Notes: generated by a model from the letters alone, not told the origin. Shown: positions 43,882 through 57,800, counted from the first letter of the whole stretch. The stretch is 63,876 nt of DNA, filler included, from Reclinomonas americana ATCC 50394 (GCA_048213135.1; 6 parts of 4 records of this genome joined end to end with filler, not necessarily neighbours in it); one strand, 5' to 3'. Made by a program: numbers and translations.

Positions 43882-45987
43882 CTAGTGTACAACAGGGGCG
43901 CGACTCGGCTGCCGCCCCACCATGCCGTGCGAGATGAGGTGCCCGCTCGGACTACGCTCCACCATTGGCACCGCGGCGGCAGCGGCGGCCACTGCAGCTC
44001 GCCTCCGAGCGCCGTTCTCCACGTCGGCATTGGTGGGCGACACGGGCACCACTGCGTCGCCCATTGGAGCAGCTGCGATGATGCATTCAGCACTTTTCGA
44101 ACGAAGCCCAACAAAAAAAGAGCGTATACCTGCACCGTGAATGGTCGACAGACGGCGCTGGGCCATTGCTCGCTGCGCCTCCTGTACCTCCGCCAGTCGC
44201 CGCTGGTACTCCTCCTCGTTGGAGCGGAACGAAGGCAGTGCCTCGTGTCGCCCACTGTTCGCGGCACTTGGCGCTCCGACCGGCACCGACAGCAGGGGAA
44301 TGGTGGCGCGACGTGCTTCTCCCTGTTTGGTTGGGAGCTGAGCACGAGGAAGCAAACACCATGTCCCACGGTAGAAGACTCACCCTTCCGGCTGCCGCCT
44401 CGGTCATCGCCGCCTTGGCCTCGGCCTCCGCACGCTTCAGCAGGTCTTTGATGTTGCGCTCTATTCTCGCTGTGACGTCTTGAATGATCGAGGGATCCAT
44501 CGGGTTGCCGTCGAGCACAATCGTGCGAATCACCGTGTTGAGCGTCAGCGCGACAACAATCTGCTCGCCAACCCGTCCCGACAGTGAGCAGTGCGAAATG
44601 TCGAGGTAGGTGAGCACCGGGTTCTGATTCAGCATGCTGACGAGAGCCTCGGCGTCGGCATCCAACGGAATGCCTCGCAGCGACAGGCTCGTCAGCGAAC
44701 CCGGATGCAGTGCGAGGGCCTCCAGAATGTGACCACCATGGCCGTTGTGCGCAAACTCCATCGACCTCAACTGAGGCATGGAGGCGAGGAGTGTGGCCAG
44801 CGATCTGCGGAGCGCATGAGTGCACTGTGTCTCCTTTGCCCTTCCTTCCCTCTTTCCCGTCACTCACCGATCGCCGGGCTTGCCGGCCTTGTTCAAACCG
44901 AGGTTAAGTGAGGTCAGCGACGTGCAGCCAGTGAGGCGGGCGCACAGCGACTGAATCGGTTCCGTGCTGCATCCCTCGCCAAACAGATCGAGGGTAGTGA
45001 GGCGGTTGGAGGCCACAATCGCCCTTCCAATCGCATCCATGCACGTTCTCTCCAGCTGATTGTTGCGCAGCCGCAGTGTCAAAATCGACGTGTTGCGTCG
45101 CAGCATGCGCTCCAGTGCCGGCGCGTACTCCGCACCAATAGCGCAGCCGTTCAGCGAAAGCGACGTGAGCGTGCGGTTCTCCTCCAGACGCTCCAGAAAC
45201 TCAATGAGCGAATCCGACGGCGACAACTCCTCCAGCCTGCTCTCCAAGTTGTACCCAAACGAGAACTCCACCAACGATGGGTGCCGCAGCACCACTCCCA
45301 GCGTCTCGCCCACCGCCGCCTCCACCCGCGAATCGGCCGTGAACAGGCGACACAAGTTCAGCGATGTCAGCGCCGGCATCGAGGCCACCACACCCGCCAC
45401 ACCGCGCAGCGTGTCGGGATTCGAGAACCGATCAAGACCGCCACAGTTCTCCAAGTCCAACGAGGTCAGATAGGGGTTGTTGGCTGCGCGCAGTCAGTGA
45501 GCCTCCTCGCATATCGATCTCACATGATACACACACGCTTTCAACATCGAACCGCAATAGGCAAAGAGATGCTCCGACTGCACCGCATCGGTGATCGTGT
45601 ACCGCAACCGCAACGCCTCCACATGATCATACGCGTGCGCTCTCATGGCCGCAAACAGACAACTGCTGTGTTCACTCGATCCTCGCGGCAGCGCGTCGCA
45701 GATGTTGCCGTCGATCAGTCTCGACTTGCCACTGGAGTGCGCGCGTGTGAGAGCCTACACAACACACGTACACTAGAGACGCACTCACCGCGCGCACTCG
45801 CTCAGCCACTGTCGCACTCGACTGCTCGGCTGCACCGCAATCCCCGTGCACAACGTACAGTACTCGCGATCAATCGCCCAGCACACCTCGGCATCAGCCG
45901 ATTGCCTGTGTGTGAGAGAGTGTGTGTGTGTGAGAGATGTGAGGTTCATCACACACACACAGAGGAGCGCACTCACCCGCAGCCCAT
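43882..45987 (-). CDS. RNI-like leucine-rich repeat protein with an N-terminal MGCGQS acylation motif
   Basis: Repeats NPYLTSLDLENC, NRTLTSLSLNGCAIG, NTSILTLRLRNNQL, NPVLTYLDISHCSL, NTVIRTIVLDGNPM. The first exon is an 11-nt coding piece (MGCG). Confidence 0.85.
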
Positions 45988-46147
45988 GTGACTGTCAACG
46001 AGTTTTTGAACGAAATTGCGAGCAAAGACAAGGTTTTTCTCCGGCTTTGTTGTTCCTTGGTGATGCTGGCCTCGGTCACTCGGGACGGGTTTTGTAGTTT
46101 GCACACACGGTTCGCTGAGCGGTGACGCAGTCGAGACACAGAGAAGA

Positions 46148-47997
46148 ATGGACTGGCGCGCACATACTCCGGTCAATGGTGAGGACGATGAGTGGTTGAG
46201 TGGCGGCAGCAGCAGCAGCAGCGGCGACGTGGACATGCTGTCGTCGTCGTCGGCAGACACCTCGTCGGCCTCCTCGCCCATGATGCCAGTGCATGCGACA
46301 AACTACTCTGCAGCAGTGGCGACGCAGCAGCAGCAGCAACAGACGCGCAGTCGACCGTTACATTGCGCGTTGCGTGTGTGTGATCGCAGTTGCGTGTGCT
46401 TTTGTGCCGTCGCTGCGCCGTGTGTGTGTGTGTGTGGTGACTGACGTTGAGTGCACAGATGCCAACTTGCGCTTCTTCCTGCACGTGCTCGGCATGCAAG
46501 TGCTGCGGCATGAGGAGTTCGACGAACGCATTGTGCGTGATCGGCGTGCGGCCCCAGTTGCGTTTGCTCCTTCCCGCCTTGTCTCTTGTTGCTGCGTGTC
46601 GCTGACGTCGTTGCGTTGTCGTCCGTTGCAGGGATGGAGCGGAAAGTGGTCTCGTACCATGATTGGCTTTGGGCCGGAAGGTGTGTGTGTGTGTGTCTCA
46701 CACTCGCGCACATGATTTTCCGAGAGAGAAATCGGGCGCACTCACTCGGGCCACCCAGAGACGCACTTTGCGGTGGAGTTGACGCACTTTTACGGGGCCA
46801 CGGTGAATCAGGCCTCGCGGGGACTGATGGAGGCGCAGACGCCACCAGCGAGTGCCGCGAGTGGCCGAGCTGCGGACACAACGAGAGGATCCGAGGGCTC
46901 CTCGAGTGTGGCCACGGCCGGCAACGATGCCGCCACGCTCGTGATATGCTCGGATGTGGTGTACAGAAGAGTGCTGGAGTCGCAATGGCCGCGCGATGTT
47001 GTCGGTGAGAGGAGCGAGTACCGACCAAACGGGAGAGTGAGACGCGATTCTCATTTGTACTTGTTGCTGGCCGCAGTGGCACCGGCGTGGATGCACACGT
47101 TTGTGTACGGCATCAACCGCATGTGCGTGTCGCTGCAGTCGCCCGATGGGTACACGGTGATTGTGGGCCCCACCGAGTTGCACCCGGATCCAGTTGAGTG
47201 GCACATGCAATGTTTTTCGCGTTTCGCTCACTCCTCATTCCTTACTTCTACCCTTGCTCTCGACAGCAACGCTCAGTGGATCCCGTCGCAGCCATCTGCT
47301 ACAACGTGTCGCACATGGAGGACTCGCTTTGTTGCGTCGTGAACTCTGTCGCCTGCCCTCGACATGTTGACTGACGAGCATGCAGCATTCTATGTCGTCG
47401 GCCTGGGCATGACGGTGGAGCAGCGAGCGCAAGGCGACGAGTATTGCGTGCTGTACTTTTCGCGATGCAGCTGCCGGTTGGTGCTGGTGCCGACGCCGCA
47501 CCAGTCGCGCATCGTGCATGGCGATTTGAGCGGACGACTGGTGCTCGGTGTCACCAACATTCACGCCGCTGTGGACCACCTGCGTCGCGTGCATGCCACC
47601 TTGCTGTCTCCAGTTGTGCAGCTGTCGTCGTCGTCCAGCCGTTGCGTCTGCATGCGCACGTCCTTCACGCCACCAAGCCGTCATCTGACCTTTTTTCTCC
47701 TCCACAGAGATGGTCGATGTGGCGTTGCTGGCAGACGCCGACGAGTACATTGTGGCACTCGCGCAGACACCCGAGTTCTTCGCAGTGGCCAAGTACGACA
47801 CGACAGCGGCGTACGAGGTGGCGCGCCTGCTGGGCCAAGATGGGACTTCGGAACTGCCGCCGCTGTCGCCGCTGTCGAGCATGCGCGGTGTGCAATTGCG
47901 CGCGGGCGGAGAAAATGAGGACGCCAGTGGCCGCGCAGCCGACTGGGCCATGACATCCAGCGTGCTGTGGGATGACGTGGTGGAGGAGGCGTTCTAG
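46148..47997 (+). CDS. GLOD4: Glyoxalase domain-containing protein 4-like
   Basis: RPLHCALRVCDR..LRFFLHVLGMQVLRHEEF, GKWSRTMIGFGPE.THFAVELT, SPDGY, DPVAAICYNVS, VALLADADEY. Confidence 0.88.
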
Positions 47998-48191
47998 AAA
48001 AAGAGAGAAATAACAACTACGTGCAGAAAACAACAACCAAGAAAACCGATAATACAATTATAACTGTGTTTGCATTAACATTCCCATTCTCCATACACAC
48101 GCACACACCATTCTACAAAAAGGCACAAGCGGTATAGCACACTTAAAATCACACACACAATAAACAAGCAACAAACAAAACAACACATAAC

Positions 48192-48291
48192 NNNNNNNNN
48201 NNNNNNNNNNNNNNNNNNNNNNNNNNNNNNNNNNNTTAATTAATTAANNNNNNNNNNNNNNNNNNNNNNNNNNNNNNNNNNNNNNNNNNNN
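48192..48291. other. Artificial scaffold linker
   Basis: TTAATTAATTAA at 48236-48247. Confidence 0.97.
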
Positions 48292-51200
48292 TAGCATGAC
48301 GGCGGCCTCCAACCGCAACTTCTCTTGCTCCTTTTTCGACAGCACTTGCAGTGGCTTGGTGTCGGGATAGTGCGTATCCAACAACGGGTTCAGCAGCGAC
48401 GCCAGGTGGCGCAGCTTGATTTCCTCAAGCATTGCATTGAGGACTTGCACCTTGGTTGGGTTGGAAAATCTGTGCGTCACGTGCTAGCGGTTAGTATCAT
48501 CGAGTGCGGGAGAAACAGCGGCAACGAACTGCCGCTGCGTAAAAACGCGCACCCGTAAATCACGGCAAGGCGGGGCGACTTGCGAATCGCATTGACGAGC
48601 CGGTTGACGGCACTCTTCCACGAGGAGAAGGGTGCGCCCTTCTGAATGCTGTCGCTGGTGCACATGAGCAGTGGAACGTTGACCTTGAACTCCAACGACG
48701 AGTCAAAGTGCGCTCGGCGAGCTCGCTTCGCCTTGCTCTTCGGCTCCGTGGCCTTGCCGGCGGGTGGCGGCGACGGCGACGACAGCGGCGGTGATGGTGT
48801 ACCGGTTCGAGCCTGCGACGGAGAGTGCGCCGTTGGACTGTCGGCGGCACCCACACTGTCAGGCGAAGTCGGCTGCGCAGAGGGCGACTCGCTGCGCTGG
48901 ACCGGCGATGTCGACGTAGTGTTGTTGCTCGACCCTCCAAAACGCACGCGGCGTCCACTCTTGTGCGACGGTGCCGCGTCGCCGCTGCTGGCGGGTGCGA
49001 CTGCAGCTGCCGCGGCGTGTCCGTGACTGCGCCCGGCACTCCCTCCTCGACTGCTTCCGCTGCTGCCGCCGCGCTTCTTTGATCCCGACGAGGCAGACGA
49101 AAGCGGTGGCGACGCGGTCTCCGCCTCGCGTGTGGCACCGGCCGACAGCGGTCGCTTCTTCGGCACCGCCGCGGAGGCCCGAGTTGCCTCCTCGTCGGCA
49201 TCTGAGCCAGCATCATCGTCGCCACTGTCACCGTCGTCCTCCACGTCGTCGTCGTCATCATCATCATCATCACCGTCGTCATCATCCCCAAAGTCATCAT
49301 CATCATCGTCCTCATCAACCTCATCACCCTCCTCGACGTCGTCGTCACCGTCGTCACCAATGTCCTCCTGCTCCTCATCGACCTCACCAGTGTCGTCCTC
49401 ATCGTGTCCATCAATGCTCACCGCCGAGGGAGGCAGCAGAGGGGAGAGCGGAGGTGGATTCGTGGGTGAGACAGCGGCCTTGGCCGTGGGTGACGAAGTA
49501 GCAGACGAATCTGCGGCGTTCTCGGGCGATGGTGAGGAGTCCGCACCACCGCGGTGTGCGGAGCGTGCCAACTCCACAACGTTTCGCACCAGCCCGGCCA
49601 ACGCCGTCACCTTGCTGTTCGACGACGTTGAAGACGACTTCTTCTTGATGGAGGCCTTGAGCGACTGTGCGGCGCGCTGCACGAACGACGAGTGTTTCGG
49701 CGACTTGCCCGAGGTGTTGCCGCCGCCGCCGCTGCTGCTGCCGCCGGATCCACTCGCCGCACTAGCACTGCCGCTGCCGCTGCCACTGCCACCGCTGCTG
49801 CTGTTGCTGCCGCTGCTGCTGGATCCCGCTCCGCCCCCACTGCCGCTGCTTCCGACAACACGCCCACCACCGTGCCGCGCCGACAAGCGGGCAAGGAAGT
49901 GTCGAATGAGCGTGCTCGAACCGCGGCCAGGCGGAGCGTACAGGACCACCACTCTGCCGCAATCCGGCGTCGCCTCCAGTCTGCAACACAACAACAACAA
50001 CGACACGCATGCAAATGAGCGTCTCTCACCACCATCACTGCACGAGTTAGTACGCAACGCGTCGTGCGGCTGGGTGAATGTGTAGCCGGCGGCCGTGTTG
50101 GAGGCATTGACAGTGGAACCGCCAGAGGTGCCACCGAGACTCTCCACCAGCGCCACCACCTCGTCGTGTGCGTTCATCAACATGCCAATCTGCTCCTCAC
50201 CACCAACTGCACGCCGAGAAGCATTCAGCAAGAGAAGAACGTGGACAGAAGAAGGTCAATACACGTCTCCTCGTACTCACTGAACACTTTGGAGAGATGA
50301 ATCGGCTTCTCCTCCTCTTCCTGCTCGGCGCCCGATCGAGTGGCCGACGCTGTATTGCTGGCCGATGCCTGGCGCATCACCTTTAGCTGGTACGCGCCGA
50401 CCGGTTCAGTCTTGCCTGCACACAGGACAGCGTCAGATGGGCGCTCCCAAAGCTCTCATTGACTCACTCACACACACACACGCACACACAAACCCTTCAG
50501 TGTCAGCGACAGTGGTGGTTCGTGGAGCGCAGTTGAGTTCTTGGCCAGCACTGCTGCACCGCCGATACTGCGACACACGGCTTCGTGGCACAACACGGGC
50601 AGCAGTCGCCAAGTTTCGCCTGTGGAGTGCACTGCGTGAGCGCACCAGAAACGACAGAAAGGCAGCTGGCGGCGGCGCTCATCGCAACTGCGGTGAGTCT
50701 TGGCTCGCAGATGGTAGTGCACGTGACCCATGAGGCGAGCAGCAGTGTTGACGACATCGCCGAGGAGAGTGAAATCGAGGCGCTGCGTGGAACCCACAGG
50801 GCCCGTGTACGCTTGACCGGCTCTGCACAGTCGTACACAGTTCAGCACACGCACGGTGGGGAAAATGCAGAGAAGAGAGACAAACGCACGTGACACCGAC
50901 GGCACACTTGAAACCAATGTCTTCGAGAGTGCGCGCAATCTGGGCACTCGCCAACACGCCTCGCTGACGATGCTCCTCCAACGACGCCACAGTGAGACCG
51001 AAAACCACCAGCGCACCCACACCCTTCTCGTCAGCAAAGAGGTTGCACATGCTGCCGTCGAACGAGGCGGCAATCTCTTGCGTACGGTACACGCCCTTGT
51101 GGAAATCGCTGCGTGCGCACACACATTCAGAAAAAATGCACTGAAGCGCAAGCACCAGTGCAGAGGTCTCACCTGTCACTGCCGCGCAGCTTTTGGATCG

Positions 51201-54200
51201 AGTCGTCGGGATTGTTGGTGAAAGACACGAAAATCACCGTCACGTTGCGCAGTTGCGGAGTGATCGAGCCCTTCAACACCAGCGCCTGCAGCAGCCGCGG
51301 TTCAATCATGGAGCGCAGCATCTGCACCGTGGCAGGCACAGTCGGGTTCGGCAACACGTTCTTCAGGTTCAGTAGCAGCTCTGCAGGACAGACGGTGATG
51401 AGGAGACACAGTGCCAGAGGAGACAGAACAGCGAGCAAACTTACCTGGGTTGGGCTGTCGACGAGCCGTGTCAAACATGATCTTCCACACGAGTTTGCTG
51501 GCCGGTTGGTCCTTGTCGTTCAGCGGCCCCTCAATGCCCTGGATACGCGTGTTGGGAATGGATGGATCCTGCACGCACGAGGGCAGGTGTGAGACAACTA
51601 TTCACTCGCGACTGAATGTCATCATGTACGTGATACCGCCGTCGCACCTGCAGCGTCAGCTCCAAGTACGTCTTACTCTCATTGTCCACAGTGACATCGC
51701 CACTATGCGAGTACTCGACCGCACTGTGCAGCGCACGGAACGCAGTGCCCGCACAGATAAACTTGTACGTATCGTCGTAGCCGCCAACCAAAGAGCACGT
51801 CAAGTCGCCCGTCGACATGCCTGTCAACCACTGTCAGTGGGAAAAAATAAAACACACAAAGGCGCTCGATTCGAGTAAACGCAACCAATGTGCAGTTCCA
51901 GTTTGATGCGCCGATAAATGTACACGCCGGCTTCCTGCTGCAACTCCACGGCGCAAGTGGCCGCACGTGTGATAACCTCACGCATCACCTCGGTGCGCGT
52001 GAGGGCACGAGGCGAATCCACATTCTCCGACAGCAGCGAGTTCGTGGAGCCACTCGAGGTGAGCATTTGAGTGGCGGCACTGCTGCTGCGCGACAACGGC
52101 AGGGTGGAGAAACTGCTGTCGGCCACATCGATTGGACCCGGCACACGCTCGGCCATGCGTTGCCGGAAAGTGGAGACAATCGGCGTATCGTCCTCCTCCT
52201 CCTCCTCGCTGGTCATCGACTCCGAATCCAGCGTGCTCGGCGAGTATGACGACCGGGGCGACGTGGGCTCTGAAGCGTGGGGCGTAATAGACGGTGAAGC
52301 ACCGGGGCTAATGTGCTTGCGCTGCCAGAACCCAGACAGCGGCCGCTGTGCTGCTGCTGCGGCCGCCGCCGCACCTGCTGCGGTGGTGCTGGCTGTCGAG
52401 CGTGCTGAGAATGACGAGTCGGGTGCCAGATCCATTGAGCTGCTGAACGATGACGCAGAGCCAGAGCGGTGGTGGCGAGTGCCGCCGGCGGCACCCGCCG
52501 TGGCCGGACTGCTGGGACGTTGCGAGGACGATGCTCCCTGCGCATCCCACAGTGTACGGCCGGCTTTGGCCTGATACAGCGCTCGTCGACGCGCTTCGCG
52601 CTGCGCCGCCACACTGCCGTCATCGTCCGAGGTCGCCGTGCTGAGATCGACGGGGAAGAAAGCGACCAGCGCATCACCGACAAAGTACAAAATGTCGCCT
52701 CCGTGCCTCGACACAATCCCAATCAGATGCGTAAAGTAGTCGTTGATGACTTGCACAAGCGAGTCGACACCGGCAGGGCCACGGGCGCACAGCGTCTCGG
52801 CGAGGTTTGTGAATCCTGGCCGGCGCAGTGAATGTGTGAGGAGACGCTGAGAAGAAACAACCGACGGAACGCAAACGCAACCACTAATGTCGATCAGCAT
52901 GAGACTGCCACGCATGCTCTCCTTGCAGCCAGGCGCCAGATCCTTCTTGGCTTTTACCAGCGAGTCCACCAGGTGGAAAATGCATCGCGGGATGTACTGA
53001 CTGCGAGGGGTGACAGAGAGAAACGGGCGTGAGACAGGAGACTGTGTGTGAGAAGTTGACACATAAAACGAACCGAAGATCGGCCTCTGCTCGCCGCACA
53101 CCGTCCCCAAACGTGATGCTGTCATCTGATGGCGTATGGACGACGGCGGTGCTCGACGCACCGGCATCTGCGGAACCTGGAACACTGGGCACGGGCGGCA
53201 ACCAGTTGTCGCCGCTGATCGGCTCGGCCGGCGGCACCAATGGCGGCCGTTTGACCAACTCTGCCGCCCCGCTGCTTGGAGTCCCCGAGGATGCGGCGGT
53301 CGACGGCAACGATGCCGAGGGAGACGACGAGGAGGCAGAATCGGGTGATCCACCTCTTCCTGCCGCGCCATCGGGTGTGCCTGCCGATCGTCGCTTGACC
53401 CAGAAGCCGCCCTTCTTGCCACCCGACGAACCATTCGCGTCTGCGCGATTTGCGTCGGGTCGTGGTGGCAGCGCACGGAGGTCGGCCGCCGGCGCAGTGC
53501 TCGTGCGATGACCAGCCAGGAAGAGATCCAAGTCGGCTCGGGACTCGCGGCGACTGTGGGTGGGGACGTGTCCACCTCGTGAGTGCGGTCGTCGCGCGCC
53601 CGTCGGCGTCGTGGGAGTGCCTTCTCGTGCTCGCGGACTCGACACCGATCCGCTGTCAAACTCGGAGCGCCCCGACAACGCCGGTGACGGTGGCGTGTCG
53701 TGCACCGACGGCGACGGTGTGAATGACGATCGTGCTTCCACCGAAGAGATGGAATGCGGCGACGAGCTGCAAGTATAAACAAACAACGGATTGAGACAGA
53801 GATTGTCGCTGACAAGGGAGAGGAAAAGTACGTACACATTGGACATGGTGAGTGAGATGGATGCCAGATCCGATGCACGCACAGCAGTCGATGGTGTGAC
53901 GGGTTGCACTGAACTGCCACTGCTGGAGGACCCGGTACCCTTCTTGAACCAGGTCTTCTTTCCGCGTTGACCACCCGCTTCTCCTTGCGGTTGCTGCGGC
54001 AGTGGCGGCTGTTGTTGTTGTTGCTGTTGCTGCGGCGGCTGCTTGATGGCTGGCTCGCCTGGTGTGCTCGCACCTGACGCAGCTGGCACAGGGCGCTCCA
54101 CCCACTGCGACGACTGCACGGCGTTGGCACCACCGACACCAAGAAACCGAGGATGATTGATGACTTCGACTTCGGGCGATGTTGTACGGCTACGCGTCCG

Positions 54201-54712
54201 ATCACCGCTCTCTGACGACGAGTCCATCGACAGCTGTTGGGAGCGACGGGCCGCCGAAAACATCACCGAATCGGTCATGTCAAAACTGTTGCTGCGACTG
54301 TGCGCAGCCGAGCGCCGAATTCGCTCGGATCGCATACCACCGCTGGGTGACTGCTGCTGCTGTTGCTGCTTCTGAGCCGCGGATGTTGGCGACGGCGGCA
54401 ATTCGTTCTCGCCCAGCAGCCGGGCCGGCACTGACATGTCGCCGGCTGCAGTACGCCGCGGCTGTGGTGCCGGAGGCACGGGCGGAATCGTCTCGCGCAG
54501 GACGGCCATCAGCTCGTCGCGGTCAAATGCACTACCGCGGCTTGCCGTCGGACTCAAGCGTGGTTCGGCCTCATCGCTGCTGCTAATGGAGCCGTTGTTC
54601 AGCTGCCGCTCGCTGTACAGGGAGCCCACTGACTCCAAACCGAGGCTCCCTCGCCGCCGACTGAGAATTGGAAACGCGCCAGCAAACGACTGTGCGTCGT
54701 CGGTGAATTCGG
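48292..54712 (-). CDS. Soluble adenylyl/guanylyl cyclase-like protein (ADCY10/SgcA architecture: two class III cyclase domains plus a P-loop domain), partial at both ends
   Basis: C1: LMLIDISGFT, GGDILYFVGDAL, LELHIGMSTG. C2: QLRNVTVIFV, FADEKG..VVFGL, GPVGSTQRLDFTLLGDVVNTAARLM, LTLKGK. Degenerate P-loop VVLYAPPGRGSSTL. Confidence 0.9.
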
Positions 54713-54812
54713 NNNNNNNNNNNNNNNNNNNNNNNNNNNNNNNNNNNNNNNNNNNNTTAATTAATTAANNNNNNNNNNNNNNNNNNNNNNNNNNNNNNNN
54801 NNNNNNNNNNNN
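54713..54812. other. Artificial scaffold linker
   Basis: TTAATTAATTAA at 54757-54768. Confidence 0.97.
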
Positions 54813-57800
54813 CGACAGCCGGTCGGCACTGCAGAGAGCACACTGAGGTGAGCAGGAAGCAAGGATGCAAAATCAGACAATGTTGCGCAACTCAGCGCCA
54901 TGGCCGTCGCGGTGCGCGGCTTCCATGGATTCCGCCACCGCATGCTCGTGTGCCCAGCGCATTTCAGCCACCTTTTTCACCGTGTGCGTGACAGTTTCTG
55001 CCAGCGTCATGTCGTTCACCAACCGCACACTGCAAACAAAAACACACACTTGTCAACTCAGCAAAATTTTCACAACCACCTCCCCCGCCCTCTCCCTTCT
55101 CCAGACGCAACGGACGCAGTGCAGTGCCCAGCTCATCGCTGACGAGGAAACGGAGGAGGTGCTGGAACGACGTGTGCAGCGCATCGGCCAGGATGGCCGT
55201 GTCTGACGACGGCGGCAGATGTGGCAGGCTGGTCAGATCGACGCGTTGCGTCAGAACGACCAGGCCTCGACGTGGCACCTCGACCGACACATCGGCATCC
55301 TCGAACACGGTGCACGGGTCTGTGGCGCGGCGGTAAGCATATCTTTGGAATGATCGAGCAGCAGCAAGGCCGCAGCGACTCAACAGTGCTCCAGGCCACG
55401 AAGCCGCTCGCATCGCGCCACCAGCAGGAACCACATGACATCAGAGGCGCTTTCGACTCGCTCCTTGTGACTCTCGGGGAATGAGACCTCGGTGACACAT
55501 TGCAGCACTGCGTCCGTCAGCAGCTCCTCATCGTCACCGCGATGCAGAAGCTGCTCGAACTGGCGCGACATGATGCGTTTGCGGAACGCCGGGCGAAGCG
55601 GGTCCTTGACTGTGGGTGACAAGACGGTGAGTACGATCGGCAAATGATAGACACAGCGAGCGGTTATCTGTGTGTGCGCAACAAAGTTCACGGCTCTCCA
55701 GGGGCATGAATGCTGCCACCGTGGCAGGTGTCGTGGAACTCGATGCAGATGTCGTCGAATCGTTGCCATCTGTTGCGCAAGGCATCGTCAGCGACACAAA
55801 CGCTTGTTGCCACCTCTCTTTCTCCTTTCCCCCACTCACCGAATCCACTCGGCAACAATCTCCCGCGCAGCACATCAGCCTCGGTCAGCGGCAATCCGCC
55901 AATCACGCACAAAGCACCGGTGAAGTGGCTGCCGACGTCGCACAGCACTGTGCGAGAGCCGAGAAGCGAGTGCGGCGCGTGCGCATCGGCCCACTTTCCC
56001 TGCAGCTGCATCCATTGATTTGTGTGCGGGTCGTACATCCACATGGCGAACGTCGTGCGGCGCACGACGCTCTTATCGTCGTCGTCGACTTTCAAAGAGG
56101 ACACGGCAAACTCGTCGGTCGGCACCCACCCAGTCAGCAGAACCATGGGAGAGCGAATCGTCATGAGCGTGGGCGAGAGAATGGTCGGTGGCGGGCGCGG
56201 AGTGAATGATGAGTCGGAAAAGTCCGTGAAGCAGTGCCACGAGTTGGTCGCTGCGCATGGGTAAGCGACCACACACGTCGAGCACATATTCTGTGTTGTG
56301 CACGCAACTCAAATCGAGACGCCACAAGTCATTCAACACGTGCCCAGCAGCATTCACGCCGCCATACAAAAACAGCGAATTCTCGACCACCACAGTCTGC
56401 ACAGCAGCAAAAAGTCGTTCAGATTTCAGTAAGATCGTGTATCCCACCGCCGAGATGCGCAACTGCAGGAGAGCGGCGCGGCTCGGGTTCGTGTGCGGCG
56501 GTGGGAATGCGGAAGAAGCGCAGCCGCACCGGCGAGCCGTCGTCACGAATCTCCACGTAGAGACGAAGAACACTCAGCACAATGATCGGTTCCCGCTCCT
56601 GCTGATTCATGCGGAAGCTGAATCCGCCCACAATGTACAAGGTCGAGCCGCACACCGTCGTCGAGTGCTCACAGCGGTACAATTCGTACGCGGGCAGCTG
56701 TTCGTGCACGCACACAAAGACTGTAAGACAGTGACGGAGAGACAGCCAGGCATTTGTTCACATACCCCATCTTCAATTGCCTTGAAGTACTCGCACCACT
56801 CGAATTGGGTGCACGAGTTGTTGAGAGCTGCAAGTCGGGGAGAGAAAGCGTGTGCTCAATGAGTATCACCAATGAGGGAGCGCTCACGACTGAGACGCAC
56901 GTCGCATCACTGCCGCCAACGAGGCCATGGAACCCGCACTCGTGCGCCCTGCGAACCATCACTATTAGAAATCGCGAGTCGAGGAGTCTCGATTTTCACC
57001 GCAATCACCTCCGTAGACAATCAGCACATCGGCAACCCAGTCGAGCGTGTGACCGAGCCGCGCACCCGCACTGTGGTTCTTTCCTCGCGGAAATTCGACT
57101 TTGCGCCACTGCGCCAATCCTGGAACCAGCGCAAAGGGAGACGCCGCAGCCTCTGTGGCCGCTGCCGCCACTGCGCGCGTCTTGGCTTTCTTTGCCGCCG
57201 CCGCCGCTGCAGCCGCCGCGGAACTCTGCGCGCACACACTCCGGGGTCAATAGTTGACAAGCATGATGCTTTCTCTGCACCTCACTCACCGACTTGGCCT
57301 TGGCGGTGGGAAACAGGAGAGGATTGCCGGCACCCTTGCGCTTGTTCTTGTTCAGCTCCATCTCCACCTCCGGCTCGGGTGCGCACGACTTGGCGGCAAT
57401 GGAGATGCCAACAGGCGCAAACCACATGTCGTCGAGGTAGCGCCCGGCGCTATCGACACCACCATGCACAAAGAGGCGGCAGTGCGACTGCGTCTGGTCG
57501 GGTCCACGCGTGCGACACCACGTGATGGCGGGAAAGGCGCGCTCTGTAAGCGCAATGAGGGGCGCTGCTGCTCCCGACGACGAGCCGCCAGCAGACGAAG
57601 CAGCAGCAGCATCGGCCGACGACGACGACGACGACGACGACGACACCGCCAACGACGCAGCATCCGCAATGCACCACTCGGCTCCACACTCAAACAGGAA
57701 CGGGAACCAACAGAGAGCTGCAGCATATACACGACGGGTTGGCTCACACTGCGACGCGAGACGAGCACGATTCCCGCCCTTCGCAACATTGCACTTGCGT

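Noticed and set aside
46279..46282. Palindromic CATG as overlapping start codons of the LRR and GLOD4 genes
   Set aside because: Better starts exist at 45987 (MGCGQS) and 46148, leaving a normal ~160-nt divergent spacer.
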